The notes beneath the pieces were generated by a model. The model saw nothing but the letters and a program-made list of their open reading frames with translations, was not told where the DNA came from and made no database searches. Below are positions 21,826-23,016 of a stretch of DNA of 23,016 nt, piece by piece. Position numbers and translations under genes: made by a program. Numbering within the stretch: position 1 is the first letter of the stretch; each line of letters starts with the position of its first letter. The stretch is from the IMG/VR virus record IMGVR_UViG_2563366874_000001. One strand, given 5' to 3'. The stretch comes from a virus (lineage: Duplodnaviria > Heunggongvirae > Uroviricota > Caudoviricetes).

Positions 21826-22530
21826 ATGGCTACATCGACAGTAATTCCTGATGACATCAAAACGCTAAAGGGAGATGTCAGTAAGGCAAAGGAAGATATT
21901 TCCTCAATTAACGTAAAAGTATCAACGCTTCAGACTGATATGGACAGTGCAAAGCAGGATATCAGTACCAGATACACAAAAACAGAAGTGGATAATAAGC
22001 TGAAAAACAAAGTGGAAGTGAACGATCTGGAAAGTGGTCGTTATGGCGGAGATTTTTACCCGCTGACTGGCCGTGAAGCGTTTTATTTATGGGGATTGGG
22101 CACAACTACAGCGGCGGCAAATCTTTATCTTAATCCTGACCCTGCAATTTCGTCTGTGCTGCGGTCAACATCGTCTATCCGCTATAAACATTCAGTAGAG
22201 ACGATAGATTCAGAGCACGCCGATCTCATTTTCAGGATGCGCCCTGTGTGGTACAGGTCGCAATGCGAAAATGACAGGCGTGACTGGGGATTCTATGGAT
22301 TGATTGCCGAGGAAGTAGGAGAAATTGCCCCTCAGTTTGTTCACTGGCGACCAGCCAACGAAGATGATGCACCGGAAACCATTTCCAGCAATGGCCTTGT
22401 TGCCGAAGGTGTAATGTACGAACGTCTGGTTGTTCCACTGATTCACCATATCCAGAAACTGACTGAAAGAGTTGATGAACTTGAGTCAGAATTGAAGTTG
22501 TTATCAACTTCCCAAAGCGATATCGGATAA
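21826..22530 (+). CDS. Tail-fiber-like protein (234 aa): N-terminal coiled-coil-like region plus C-terminal peptidase-S74-like intramolecular chaperone domain
   Basis: GGAAGA Shine-Dalgarno-like sequence upstream of ATG 21826. The C-terminal half (SSIRYKHSVETIDSEHADLIFRMRPVWYR...GLIAEEV...LVVPLIHHIQKLTERVDELESELKLL) follows the pattern of the endosialidase/T5 pb1 C-terminal chaperone domain, including a Ser-x4-Lys dyad at S116/K121 (nt 22171-22188). Confidence 0.65.
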   Translation: MATSTVIPDDIKTLKGDVSKAKEDISSINVKVSTLQTDMDSAKQDISTRYTKTEVDNKLKNKVEVNDLESGRYGGDFYPLTGREAFYLWGLGTTTAAANLYLNPDPAISSVLRSTSSIRYKHSVETIDSEHADLIFRMRPVWYRSQCENDRRDWGFYGLIAEEVGEIAPQFVHWRPANEDDAPETISSNGLVAEGVMYERLVVPLIHHIQKLTERVDELESELKLLSTSQSDIG

Positions 22531-22551
22531 AGGAGGAGTAATGGATATAAC

Positions 22552-23016
<465 letters not shown>

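Overview
This window is a near-complete lambda-like phage late (morphogenesis) operon, all on the + strand and mostly translationally coupled: Nu1 C-terminus, terminase large subunit A, W, portal B, protease/scaffold C with nested Nu3, D, major capsid E, FI, FII, Z, U, V, G and the G-T frameshift product, tape measure H, M, L, K, I, J, then the lom moron, a side tail fiber (stf), two small accessory ORFs, and the end of an IS3-family element (IS629/IS3411-like) on the minus strand at the window edge. Gene order and protein lengths match phage lambda as I recall it (A 641, W 68, B 533, C 439, D 110, E 341, H 853, M 109, L 232, I 223 aa); these are recollections, not database hits. I found no clearly novel multi-gene system. 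The features worth a second look are: an in-frame amber stop inside the portal gene, a 43-bp tandem duplication that duplicates the Z ribosome-binding site and start codon, a mosaic side tail fiber with a low-GC lectin-like C-terminal module, a small stand-alone protein carrying a peptidase-S74-like intramolecular chaperone domain, a divergent low-GC J C-terminus, and the IS insertion 12 nt into a possible downstream gene. The portal amber plus the IS suggest a prophage that may be defective, or a lab amber mutant.
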